From contig JAYWIR010000007.1 of the NCBI GenBank assembly GCA_036172245.1, forward strand, positions 5,146,001 to 5,210,000: 64,000 nucleotides of DNA. The letters run 5' to 3'. This DNA is from Raillietiella orientalis (lineage: Eukaryota). The translations under genes and the position numbers were made by a program. A model generated the notes under the pieces. The model was given only the letters and a program-made list of their open reading frames with translations, ran no database searches and had not been told where the DNA came from. Positions 30,501-43,671 of this stretch are shown piece by piece (the first letter of the stretch is position 1; the number at the start of each line of letters is the position of its first letter).

Positions 30501-31989
30501 TTCGTTTAGAATGTCTGTTCAAATAAACTGATCTTCCTTTATGCCTCAAGTGTGTGTGTGTGTGTTTTTTATTCACTCAAGCCATTATTCATACTTCGTT
30601 GGCATTTTCGTATAATTATCATACTGAATAGAAGTGGAACAACAAATATCAGAAAGAGAATCGTATGAGCAAAAGAGACAGAACTATGAAGAAAACCAAG
30701 GATGTATATCAAGAAAGAGACTTTTGGAAAATTTTAATAGTTGATTGCTATTCTTTTTATTCCTTTTCGTAACTCTTCTATTCCCATAGGAATATAGGTT
30801 GTTCACAAACACAATTTCAAAAAAAAAAAATTGTAAGTATTCACAACTATTTATTTTTGTTCTTAAATACTTTTCGCTCCTCACTCAGTGTTCTCACTGA
30901 AGTTTGGTTCGATTTTTGTATTTTTGCATAATACTCATGAGCTACATTTTTTCCTAAATGGGAGACAAGTAACTTGTGATTTTCTACTTCACAAAATTTG
31001 TGAGGATAAATGCAGAAAGATAATTGCTAGTGAGAAATAGTAAAGTGTTTCACAAGACCGTCGAATGTGATGTTTGACGTTTGGATGAGTTTTATGTTTT
31101 AGGGAATACTGTGTAGGTGTAGTTATTGAGGGAAAGAAGAATTGCGTTCCTAATGTTTCTTTTAGATTTTTTAAGGTCTAAGCAAGTGTGTTACATGGGA
31201 ACCCTGCCACTGCTCGAGCGATTCGTAGAAGGTTGAAATTCGCTCTGCTTACATTGGAAGGAAAACCTGGGAAGCTTGACAGCCAAAGTAGATTATACGT
31301 TTTTGGTCATAAGTTTATAAACGTGGGCCTACAAACAAACATACAGATGATTTTGCAGATGAAAACATAGGTTCTCCAGTTGGGGGACTCGCATGTAAAG
31401 ATTCAAGACGTAACGTGTGGAATTCCCCAGTCATTCAAATCATTGAAAGTGAAAATACGGGACAACCATATGCTAGTCTCTAGAACAGACGTGTGTCGTA
31501 TTCCGATTAAGGCTAATTGGACTAAGGCTAATAGTTTAGCAAATAATTTAGATATATTTAAGCAACATTAGTGCCTGTGTTTACAATTAACGAAAGAAAA
31601 GTAATGGATGCAAAGTAATCGTTTCTGTTTGTGTCTGCCGTTTTACAATTTTCGAAGTTCTATAAGCCGTCATAAAACAACACAATGGTGTTAAAATCAT
31701 GGAAGCAGTGTTCGGAAGATTACGTATGTAGCATAACCTTTACGTAATAACCTCTGCTTTTGAATAGGCATCGTTTACTTTGAGTGCTTGAACGTTAAAT
31801 GAAAATAGAGGTCTAAGAGAATCATGCGACACCATAGAAATAACACGAGCCATATGTTTATACCATTTTTCACCCCAGGTAAGTTGTGTTGGTTGTTCAT
31901 TTAATTAAGGGCTACTTGTTAGTAACATTTTAACCGGATAAGAGAATAAGAAACCATCCAGGACGTAATATAAATACGTGAATGCAACA

Positions 31990-34128
31990 ATGGCATCCTC
32001 CAATCCTAAGTCATGCAAAGATGACATATTACTGCAAAAACAAAAGTCTCATCACAAGAAAGCATATGAGTATATATCCAAAGCACTTCGAATCGAAGAG
32101 GAAGGCAAAGGTAAGTGTGAACCACAACTGAATGCAATTATATATAATAATCAAATTGGTTGCATAATGCCAAATCAGATAAAGTGAAACAGCTTGAAGA
32201 GTATGTATAATTTTTTGTGTTCAAAGACCATGGATTCATTTAATGTGATGGCGTTTGTTCGAATTCGAGAATATTTAAGTTATCCACTTCATCAGATACC
32301 AAGTACATAATGCTTTGTATTCGATTTCATGCCTTTGACTTTGGATTTACTTGATGCACTTGACAATACCAGCAAATTGAATGTGTCGCTGTTCCATGGC
32401 ACTAGCTAATTACAGAAAGTGATTAATGAAATCCCATGCTTTTTATCCGACATGAAGCTAAAGTATTTGTTAAATGATTCATGCAATTTGTGTATTTGTA
32501 CATAGTCAGCCTTAAATGTTTTCTTAGAGCCAAAAATACATGCAATACCATTTTACAAAATTGGAATTTCTGAATTGAAAGCAGGTATTGCATTAGACTG
32601 CTCAAAACTAGGGGGACAAGCTGGGATTAATGCCAGCAGCCTGAAGGGAAAAATGAAAACAAATCTTCATCTGGCACAAGAGCGATTGAATCTTATTGGT
32701 TTGTGCATTTGGCTGAAGTCAACTATGATCGCTTTTGCATATGCTTTAGAAAATCTGCAAGGGGACAAAACCTCAAATGCAATAGATGTTGAAACAAATC
32801 CCGAAAAGGCTGAAAAAAGATCGACTGAGCTTTGCAAGAACCAAAAAATGGTAGTAAGAGCACAGAAGTCAACGGCACCTATAGCAAGAGCTGGAAAACA
32901 GAATAGGTTTTGTGCCCAGAAATACCATGATGTTAAGAAAAGTGAAGTTGATAAAGGGACTAGCAACTCAAAAGATCCAGGAAAATCAAAAGTTAGTGAG
33001 ATTTTTAAAATTTTGTTCTAGTTGTTTAAACAATAGCACATTTCTGCAAAAACTTCCTGTTTGCAAGACAACACTGGAAAAAATGGAAAATCCTTAATTA
33101 ATGCAGATCCAGCCTTAACAGAAGCTTTTGAACACAATATAGTGAAAGAGAAGGATACCATATCATGGAATGACATCCTTGGGCAGGAGGTAACAAAGGA
33201 AGAATTTGTTTGCTATTGCCTTTTATCTGATGATCTAGGCAGCAAAACAGTGCCTGTATGAATTAGTTGTGTTACCCAGTGAGCGTCCAGAATTGTTCAC
33301 TGGATTGCGTTCTCCAGCACGTGGATTGCTTTTATTTGGTCCATCAGGAAATGGGAAGACATTACTAGCAAAAGCTGTAGCTAGTCGAACTAAAGCCACC
33401 TTTTTTAACATGTCTGCAGCAAGTTTAACATCAAAGTTTTTTGGTGAAGGTGAAAAAATTGTAAATGCTTTATTTGCCAATGCACGCTCTCAACAACCAT
33501 CTATAATTTTTGTGGATGAATTGGATTCTTTATTCACATCTCGACATGCAAATGAGCATGAAGCTTCCCGGCGTCTTAAGACACAGTTTCTATTGGAAGC
33601 TGATGGCATGCTTAGTCAGCCTAACGAGCGTTTACTTTTGATTGGTGCCACAAACCGTCCCAGTGATCTTGATGAAGCTGTTCTCCGGTACAGTATTATA
33701 GATTTAAGATAAACTATTGAAAATTTCAGACGATTTCCCAAGAGGATTTATGTACAACCACCTGATGATGAATGTCGCTACACCATTTTAAGACATCTCT
33801 TGAAACACCATCCTCATAGTTTAAGAGAGACTGAATTAAGGAGACTGTCATCATTAACTAGGCACTACTCTGCCAGTGATTTGACTGCACTTGCTGGAGA
33901 TGCTGCTTTCATGCCACTGCGAGGTCAGAATATGCTTTTTTTTTCCTTTTTATGAGTCCTCTTGTAGAAATGAATCCAGAGAATCTGCAACATGCAACAC
34001 CATCTGATATCAGACCCCTAACTTTCCAGGATTTCCTCAGTTCCTTATATAAAATTCGCCCCTCCATTAATCCGGAAAGTCTAAAGGCCTATGAACACTG
34101 GAATGCACAATATGGACAAATCAGTTAG
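31990..34128 (+). CDS. SPAST: Spastin (MIT domain + AAA ATPase, microtubule-severing), ~496 aa, 7 coding exons
   Basis: Exons: 31990-32110, 32528-32698, 32750-32991, 33037-33189, 33239-33687, 33730-33923, 33968-34128. MIT motif [17 protein letters not shown]...[16 protein letters not shown] domain: [64 protein letters not shown]. Confidence 0.93.
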
Positions 34129-34171
34129 AACTGCTTAAAAATGCTGTAACAGGTGAGAAAATTTTATTTGT

Positions 34172-34972
34172 TCAAAATTTGTCTTTAGCTCGATTTGCAT
34201 GTGCTCGTAAAGTTCCATATACTTTTGAAGGTGGACTTCCTAGAGAAAGAATTGTGCCAAATGCTTAATAATTCTCACAATCTCACCAAGTATCAAATTA
34301 CATATGGCTCTTTTTGCTACTGCGATATTCTGATAAGAACCCAAGATATGAATGTGATTGTCTGCCAAAACTATACGAGTCTTTGTGACATTCTCAATGG
34401 TAAATTTGGTTCGCCCTCCTTTCCCTGCAATTCGTCCAATGGCACGGCTAAGATGTTCTCCTTTTAGCATTTTAACTAAAGCAGAGTTTTAAGTGATCCC
34501 AATCAACAACTTACCATCTTCAATGTCAAATGAATCAATGAACATATCTTCCAACCGCATGAGAACCAGTGCATCATCAATCTCGAATCCAAGGATAAAA
34601 GCACGGACAAAGTCAGCTGCTTTTTGTAAAGCACTTACATCTTTGGTCTCTGCAGAGGTCTACTGCATCCATAAAGACAATCAAAAGCACCAAACATACC
34701 CGAATTTCAACTTGCCGGGTTTTCAAGTTGAAACGAATTTGCAGTTTCAGATGCTCAACAATTGGTGTGAAAATCTTCATCCACTTTTCTTTGAGAGGGG
34801 TATAACGACATGCAGGGACAGATACTTTACGTATCTCTTTGACAGTTCCTAATTTCTCTTTTTTGATAGGGGGGTAGGAAGGGCACTGATCACTTGTATC
34901 CATCTCAGTGTCTTCACAATTAATAGAGTTAAATGATTTTCTCTTATGTCCATTCTGATTGGGAAGTGTCAT
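34172..34972 (-). CDS. PNO1: PNO1/Dim2 KH-domain 40S ribosome biogenesis factor, ~224 aa, 4 coding exons
   Basis: Exons (minus): 34972-34700, 34659-34515, 34475-34287, 34239-34172. Motifs RYTPLKEKWMKIFTPIVEHLKLQIRFNLK, ALQKAADFVRAF, HLSRAIGRIAGKGGRTKFTIENVTKTRIVLA, LILGSPPSKVYG. Confidence 0.96.
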
Positions 34973-35264
34973 GCCTGTTGCTGAAAGTCTGATAGCAATG
35001 TAATAAGATTAACCTACCCATACACATTTCCTGCTACTGGTGGTTGTTTTAACTAAGAACCTCCCACCTGTCAGCTTGGAATGCAAGGCCCTCAATATCC
35101 CCAAACAAGAAAAAAAAATCAATGTCCAATTTAGATTTCTTAAAACCTAGCACGATTTGCACAGGCCCAAATGGCCCTGTTGAATTTGAATCCTAAGAGA
35201 TATTTGACTCAATCCCAAGGATCACATTGGCACAAGAATGGGGAAGGGAAACTCCTTCTAAATG

Positions 35265-37577
35265 CTATGAATTGCTTGTTCGTTTTTGCAAATGTCCCTT
35301 GAGCACCGTGTTTTCATTCCGCAAGTCCTCATTCTGTCTCCTAAGTAGATCTAGTTCGTGTCGCAGGCCATCCATCTCCTTCAGTCGATCAAGAAGCTTT
35401 TGGTTCCGTTCTCGCAAGTCGCATATGTAATCACAGGCTTTTGCCAAAATGCCTCCTTTACTCTGTGCAAGCAGAGAGCTAATGATTAAGTTATCTCCAC
35501 AATACCTGTCCTTGTTTAGTTTGATCATTAAGGCAATCAGGAATAACCTTGCTGAGCTTGGCAATCCAATTATTAATTTTGTCTCGTCTACGCCTTTCTA
35601 CTTCATTGTGGGTAGCACGGCGGCGTTCATCACGCACATTACTGTTCTTACAATTATCATATATTTTAGAGTCTGTACGAGGCACTAATGCTCGTTGCCC
35701 AGAGGAACCAAGAACATCATGAGAATTTCCAATCACATATAAGGAACCTAGGGAGATTTCAAAAGTAAGAATTTTTTTTATATATATACAAAAATCAAAG
35801 TCAACAAAAACATTTAGGAGTAGGTTAGGTTAGCACTACATGCTCACTTTCTGGTCTTAAAAGTGGGAAACACCTGCATTTCCTTCCTCCTGATTATGTA
35901 ATATGAAGTACAAGTGAATCATGCAGGAATTCAGTTAAGATGTGCTGATGTTAGGATGTTGATCTTTAAATTTATTTAACAACAAATTTTCCGTAATTCT
36001 TTTTACTGTATGTATCAGGACTAGATAATGCAAAAATGCATGACAAAAAAAAAAAATCCTTTTATCCATCATAATAGTGCTATAGTAAATATTGCTGTTT
36101 TCATATGCTGCTTTCACTCTTACATTGTAAAACATCTTTTTTTCTCTAGTATAAGCAGTCAAAGATGATTTACCTGTAGGTGAAACTGCAACTGTAGCAC
36201 TGGAACTGACATCATGGTTCTCTACACCTGTAACAGGCAAATATGCTGTAAACCGATGATCTCCAGTAGCATCATCAGATCCATTGGAACCTGCTAATAT
36301 TCTCTAATCCAGTCATACATTAATCTTATTTGCTCACTTGTTAGAGATGATGTCAAGATTGCTTGTGACAAACTGGAGCCACTTCCTGTGACCAACTGTG
36401 GCATTCCGTCAATGGTAGGATCACCAGATGATGCACCACTACCACTTACATGGTAAACTCTATAAGCCACTACAATATATAGTCAGACAATTTACAAATA
36501 ATTCCAAAGAACGAAATTGAATATTTTAGGACTAGTTTTCTTTAAAGAAAAATGAGAATTTTTCTTATTTGAATAATTTTATGGAAAATAATTCCAAACT
36601 CTGCAACTGAAACAAGAAGAAAATAACAAACCTAAACATGCAAATAAATTTTTTTCCGAATTTCAATGAACAGATAATTAAAAGTATTGCAAAGAAATTA
36701 GTGAATGGATGGTATTTGTCACGAACATTTATAAATTCAATCTCCACCAAATACAAGACTTTGAACACACTTAAGAAAGACTTCATGTATGTAGTAAGAC
36801 CCATAAACAGAAGCACACATTAGATTAATTAATGAACCAATATACATTACATACATCTTAAGAGATATTTGACCAACCTCTCGTTCCTCCTTCTGTTGTA
36901 AGTTGATACTGAAATCCAGTTGAAGGATCAACTAAATTGGCACCATCAGGCAAATCAGCTACTGATGAACTTGGGTCATCCGCATCACTTTCAACAAGCA
37001 ATGCTGGAGTAATTTGTTTTACAGAAGAACCCTTCATATCTACATCTGTTGCATCATGATCATGTGATCCGTCTACATCACTCTTAACCAAGCTGAAAAC
37101 ATTAGTATTACAAATACATGAAAACTGACAAAATATTCCAGATTTTTTTTCATTTAATAAATACATTTTTTTCTAGAGCAATTGCTGATGGCCCATTGAA
37201 ATTGTAGCTCCAAATGTTAGCTGTTTGCAAATGGACTATTAATATAATACCATGATAGGTTTAACAAAATTGTTCCACAAATACGCTGGTATGGTTCAAA
37301 AGGGTTTATGTTGCTCAGGTGATGGTATAAAACATGTAGAGGTTAAATGCAATGATTCACTGATAACAGCTCATACCTTTATTACAATATGTATATTTAA
37401 TTTGAGGAGTGAAATAAACAGTAATAAACGAACACAATAATTGTGAACTGTTTGCAAGAAACTTTAACTGCTTGCTTCTGAAAAACATCTGAAGTGAAAC
37501 TCCAAATCTATGTATATCGGAGCCTACCAACCAAATCACCCTAAACTACATATTACTTACTTGTTGTGGGCATACAT
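35265..37577 (-). CDS. USF: Upstream stimulatory factor (USF) bHLH-leucine zipper transcription factor, ~306 aa, 6 coding exons
   Basis: Exons (minus): 37577-37561 (start inferred from splice phase), 37092-36878, 36469-36338, 36290-36174, 35747-35506, 35462-35265. Signature RDERRRATHNEVERRRRDKINNWI...QSKGGILAKACDYI followed by a zipper; N-terminal FQYQ...VAYRV motif and USR-like YVIG...QRALVPR. Confidence 0.92.
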
Positions 37578-39078
37578 ACGTCATAACCTGTGAATTAATT
37601 AGTAGCTGGCATAAACAAATGCTTCGGAATTCGTGAAAACTGTTAAGATTTCGCAATCTTTCCTTCAATTTTTTTAAATTCAGAATTAATTAAAGAATCT
37701 ACGTTTCGAAAATAGGAAATTATTCTAAACACACTCAACTTACGTTCAAAAAATTTAATATAATGAACCGATACTTTAATTGGCATGGAAAAGCTCCTCA
37801 TTTTTCAATAAACGCTGCGTTTTTAAACTGTTTCAAATTGCAATTCAGATTCCTAAGTAATGTCTTCATGGTGTGTCTCTTTTAATGCTTATGTTTTCAA
37901 ACGAATTGTCTATGCACTGATTCTCAATTTGCAAAAATTGCTGTACCTACTTATTAAGAAATGTATTTGGTTCCAGGTATGCTCTAAACACTGTAGCTAT
38001 CAAATAAACATCATTAGATAAACATATATTAAACTAAAGTCAAAAGGTTCTCGGTAGATTGAACTGCATTTCCGTTTGGGCCTACATTACGAATGTTATA
38101 TAGCTTATGTCCAGAAAACCAACATTTAAATATCTTGCTAATGTGTACTTTTCTATATATATGTCCACAGTTTTGATCCTTAATTATTACATGAAACTAC
38201 GAATAAAAGAACGGATTACAGAAGAAAAAAAAAAAGAATTTTCAATGATGTAATTTAATTTCAATTTTAGACCATACTACCATACGCCATCACATTTGTA
38301 TGGTTAACCACGAAGTGACAGTAACATACTTTATGAACTTTCCATCCGTGTGTTAAACTTAAATAAAAACATTTACAAAACTGATTGCACCTTGTATCTA
38401 ACGGATGCAAAATATCTCCATCCATTTATTTTTGAGAAAGGCATTATAACACTCGAAGTAGGCGAACATTTCTACAACTTTTCCTTTGCACATTCTTACA
38501 ACACATTTATGTCTTATCTTCTGAAGTCTAAACGGTAGTGCTACCAAGTTTTTGAGCCTCTTTTTTTTCGATTTTGGCAAACTGAATGAATCGCTGCAAA
38601 AACGGAAGAGAAAACGTATAATAAATGTGATAAATTTCTAGAACTTGGACAATAAGGAGACTATCAAATGTACAAATGACAAATCACAATAATTGCGGCT
38701 GCTACCATCTCAACAATATGTTTTGTAAGTTCTGCTACATCCGAAAAGAACCTTTTACATACTCTAAAATTGTGGGAATTCCAACATATGAGTATTTTCA
38801 GTATATAATTTCTTTACACAGAAAAGGAAACAAAATTCAATGTTTTGGATTAGTCTGAAATTGATACTATTGTGAAATTCATCTAGTTTCAAATATGCTA
38901 TGCTCATTGATAATGAATGCTGAAAACGGGAGACCCGAAATTTTCCAATGATTTTTGCAGTTTAGCATTAAATAAAATTTATAAAAACATTGGAGTCAGT
39001 TTTTCAAGGGATGAAGGGACATCACGCTCCTCTTAGGTAGCTTTCATGTTTGAATTGGTTTTAGAATGTATACTAAAG

Positions 39079-39369
39079 CAGCGTTTCTCAAACTATGTCG
39101 GAGCACTTCATAAAATCCCGAAATTTCAATGGAATACCTTGGGAAGGTAGATATTCATAATAAATAAATTAAGCAAGTAAAATATAAGAGTTAAGAAAAC
39201 AAAACAAACATTTATTCTCAAATTTTAATTATTTAAAAAAACACATGAAAATAATGAAAATAAACTTAATATCATTAAAAATATATTAATTTTCATAATT
39301 TTTTACGGAACCCTTATTGAATTTCCGCAGAACAACAGTGTTCCGCAAAACATAGTATGGGAAACGCTG
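39079..39369. mobile_element. Non-autonomous hAT (Charlie/Buster-like) DNA transposon / MITE, 291 bp
   Basis: Left TIR CAGCGTTTCTCAAACTATGT (39079-39098) vs reverse complement of right end CAGCGTTTCCCATACTATGT (18/20). 8-bp target-site duplication tactaaag (39071-39078) / cactaaag (39370-39377), 7/8. AT-rich interior with no ORF. Confidence 0.85.
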
Positions 39370-41374
39370 CACTAAAGAATCAAAAATAAATTAAATAAAG
39401 TGTTAATAAGAAATTCACTCTGATTCATGCCGTTTTGAGTGCTCCAGACAGTGTAAGGTGAGAGGTAAAAAATAAATCTGGCTTTTAAATATGTAACTTA
39501 TGTTTTTAATAAATAATACCACGTCGATACCAAAATGTAAAATAAAAACTGATAATAGTGATAGGGAACTGAATTAAATATTATGAGAATAAATATTAAT
39601 ATTGCACACTATACACATTACATACCATTATTATATCAGTAGGCATCATGCATGAGGGTATGATTTTAGCAAATAGATAATAATAGGCATTCTGCCATAT
39701 TAATTGCTCCTATTTATTTCATGGGAATCATCTTCAAATTCATATTTAAAAGGATTTCGCAAGTACACATAAGCAATCAAGAAACTCTGTGTAAGAGAAT
39801 GAAGAATCCAAGGAACATAAAACATTGTGTTCAATAATTCTGGTTGTCCTTTTTTTTTTTTTCTTCCATTGCTTCACGCACAGTTTAAATATCTATCATT
39901 GTTTATTACTTGAGTTCCCATGAGGGTAGTGTCTTTAAGTGATATGGTTTTACAATTTTCAGAGAATTCAACCAGAATCAACCGAGTGTCCTTAGAAAAC
40001 CAAAATGGACTTTGTCATCTGTATCAATTCTCAGAAATTGAGACACCGTAAGCATGCCAGTGCTTTCCATCTTTTTAAAGCATTCCTATTCCGATCTCCT
40101 TATCATCAGATAAAACCAACTTTTTGAAAGCAACTGGAATTACTTGATCTTGGTTCTTCTCATTAGTTCGATCTTATTCCATACATCATGTCGTTTTATA
40201 TTTATCTTGTGCTTGTACATAGGAGATTCTTTAAGGGGTTTGTTTTAGTTTCCAAAGCTCGAGCGACTTTTCATTTAGAATTTTGTTGCTCCAGACATGA
40301 AGTTGAAACTTTTGAGATCGCATGAATCACTAGATGATTACATTGTGACTTATTTATGTCATAGTACATGCTACAATTGTATACGATTCTACGAAATCAC
40401 TATGAGGACCTTGAACCTTGAACAACGTTGATACTATTTTTGACAATCCGTGTCACTTGCATACTCTTACTTGCCTTAGACGGAAATTGAAGATGATAAA
40501 AAACTTTCATAAAAAATCTCAGACGTTGTCATCAAACTGGAACTGCTTATAAAAAAACTGCAAGTTTAAATTGGAAAGAATCATACAGCTATCAATTTTT
40601 GTTTTTAATGAAGTCGTTTCATTCATTAAGATTTTTGTGTGTTCACTGATCAATAGCTCCCAAGCACTAAGATTCTTTTGAATTCTTCATGCAACTGTAG
40701 GTATTTTTTACCAAAGGCTGACTGAAATACAAAAAAAATGAAAAAAGAAGGATTGAATCTTTTATTTTTTGATTGAAATGTGAATGAATTTATATTTTGA
40801 TTACAAGTAGTTTGAAAGTAAACTGATTTGTCTCTCACCACCCAGTTGCTTTGTAATCGTATCACATTGTTATTGGTGTTTATTGTGGAAATATTAAAGA
40901 ATTTAGTGATCATCTCGAAAATTTTACATTTATTTTTGTAGTGCCGATGAAAAATGAAATCTAACTAATTGTTTTTAATTTTCTCATGAAGCTCCTTGAA
41001 TTTCCTTGGAAACAATTTAATGATCTGAGATGGTCAATAAGCTCATTCATTGACTTTTGATCACGTAAAGGATACTTAACGTCTGAATAGACGAATGTTG
41101 ACGGAATACTTTTACACATTTTTCAACGATCTATTTAATTGTATTACTTATTCGTTAATTGCGACCTTAAGAGATTAATACAGGTTTTAAATGAGAAACA
41201 AAAAAAAAAAAAAACGTCGTAATTTCTAATTATGCAAACTGTAACTGATTGTATGTATACTCTGATCCAACCATTAGTGAATGGAACTTTACTATTGTTT
41301 AGGAATGTCGATCAATGTTTATTCTGAATCAACATGTAGAAACTAATCATATTGTTTAATGAGTGGACTTATGT

Positions 41375-42020
41375 GCCAATACCCCGCAGAGCACGCCTGT
41401 CTTACTGGACACTGGGGAATGTGCCCATTGCATAGAGTGCAGCGAAAGGGAAACCTTCCCGCATCTTCTAACAGAGTATGTGCCCTGGTTGGACTTTGAA
41501 ATCGACTTTCGTCTATCCTCCTTCTTGCAGTAGGCGACTCAAAGGTCATTTATTGACGCCTCTTTCTGCGTGACGGCCTACACCCCGCTGCGTCTTTAGC
41601 AGTCCTCTGATGTGTTCGCGGCATCCTGGCGAGGTGGAACGCTGGAAGAAGAGGCCAAAAGAAGCAGGGACGCCATCCACTGGACGACGGTCTTTCTGGA
41701 GACCGCGACAAGGTGGCGCCTACCGTGCAGTATAAAAACAGAACTTGTCAGCATCCTGGATAGGATGCAGAGGACGATCCAGGCGTCCAGTGATCCCTTC
41801 CCTGACCTCCTCTCCCCCAAAAAACCATTCTCCTCCCAGTTATCCTTTTTGTTTCTTTTTGTTTGGGTTTCCCCTTTCCCTGTGCCTCAGGAGAGGACCT
41901 CGCCGGTCATAGCACCGGGTCACGGGAAGTCTTCAAGCGTGGTAGAACCAAGTATTCTACAGCGACAGAAACTATCTATAGACTTTATTATGTAATTTTG
42001 TAAAAAGTTATAATAATAAA
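41375..42020 (+). mobile_element. Decayed, 5'-truncated non-LTR retrotransposon 3' end (L1/Tx1-like zinc-knuckle region plus 3' UTR)
   Basis: GC-richer island in AT-rich DNA. Translates IPRRARLSYW then, after a frameshift, ECAHCIECSERETFPHLLTEY (41417-41479), resembling the C-x2-C...ET-x2-H-x4-C knuckle with the last Cys as Tyr. Stops follow, then a pyrimidine-rich UTR and AATAAA near 42015. Confidence 0.5.
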
Positions 42021-43671
42021 TGCCCCGGATATCCGGGTGAAAAACCCCGCTGCTTTCAGTAAATGACATTTGCTCTTTTAGCATTTTGCGAAATGATAAG
42101 TTGCTGTAATTCCAATTTATTCTTTCGATATTGCTAAAAGCAAATAAAATTCAACAATAAAAGGAATAAACGTCTTTTTAATCTCCCTCTTTTTTCAGCA
42201 GTCTCATATGGAGTAAGCTAGTGTACTATATTAGCTTGAATGAGCTGAGTTGAGCTCGTCCTCTTCTGTAACAAACAGTACTAAGGAATCATGCAAAAAA
42301 ATCTAAAAAGAAAGCAACAGCATTTGAACTAAGGTGTGAGTCGAGGAAGAGATTCAAATAGTTTCCGAAGAGCTAGTAACAATTCCCATATGAGCTAGTA
42401 AGTCCTACTTTTCAATCCAATTGAAAAGTTGAAACCAGCCACATCTCTAAGCACATTTCCGCCTGAGGACCTCGAGATTGTTCACTTTGAGAATGAAAGA
42501 AGTCCATCTGGATAAGTGGTAGAATCCCCGAATCAGCTCTTAAGTGATTTTTTCGAACTGGCACTATCGTTTGATAGGACACAGCAGCTGATGAATGACG
42601 ATTAACAAGCCTGGATGACTACGGTGTGTTCTACAGAATGCATGCTGAAATTCTAAAGGATTCATGTCCCTGCGAGCATTCAAAACAGGCTGAACATGAT
42701 GACCTCAATCGTTCGTTGATGTAGTTCTTAACGTCAAATCCATCCATTTTTTTGTTTACCGAAGACGATTACATATAAAAGGAGCGTGCGAGTACGATTG
42801 AATCAATTAAACAAATTTCGAATCAAATTGATTTCCTTTCTTCTGGAAAAAAAAACATGCATGCAATAATGTGTGATAATAATAATAATAAATAAAAAAC
42901 TATATTTGAAATGCTAAGGGACGTGGGATCACATTTTCATAGAAAACACACCGAACGTAGAAAGTGAAGGCATTTTCTTTCTGTTTTCGTGTTCCAGTGA
43001 AGTCTCACATCTAGGAACTGTCCGTGGGTTTTGTGGAGGGTGTGCTTAGTCAAAACACTGCAAAAACACTAATATTTGTGAAGTTTTGCAACATGCAGGC
43101 GCGGTGTGCCAAGCACACATGAAATGTTTCGGAATTGCAATTTGGTCTTCTCGAAAGCAATCGAAGGAATTATGAGGATACTGTATAAGGAAACGTTGAA
43201 AATGAAATGAAAATTCGAATATGAATACGAAAATTCTACCAAAGTTCATTACAGCATGCAATGATTCATTGAGTATTGGAGGATTTTTACGTAGAACCAC
43301 AAACAAATACAGGTCAAGCAATTTCTTTGTTGTAAAGTCTGTATACATAGTAAGTCATTTAAATATCGATTCCGCCACAACTAATGTGTAGTACATGCAG
43401 CAGAATTTATGGAAGTCGTAAAACATGAGTTGGTTAAGCCTGAAAGATGATTTGAAAACATTCTGGCATAACAAAACTCTGCAATTAAAAGATCTGTTGC
43501 ATCATAGCCTTATTGGTTGTATTATTACTAAGTGCTGCCTACCAGTCAAATGAAAATCCTGCATTGGCATCAGTTGCCGAATGTTGACGAAACTAGTTCA
43601 GTTTTGAGAAAACTGCAGCCAAATGCTGGTTTTCTTCAATTTAGTTTGACATCTTAAGTAGTAGGCAAAGC

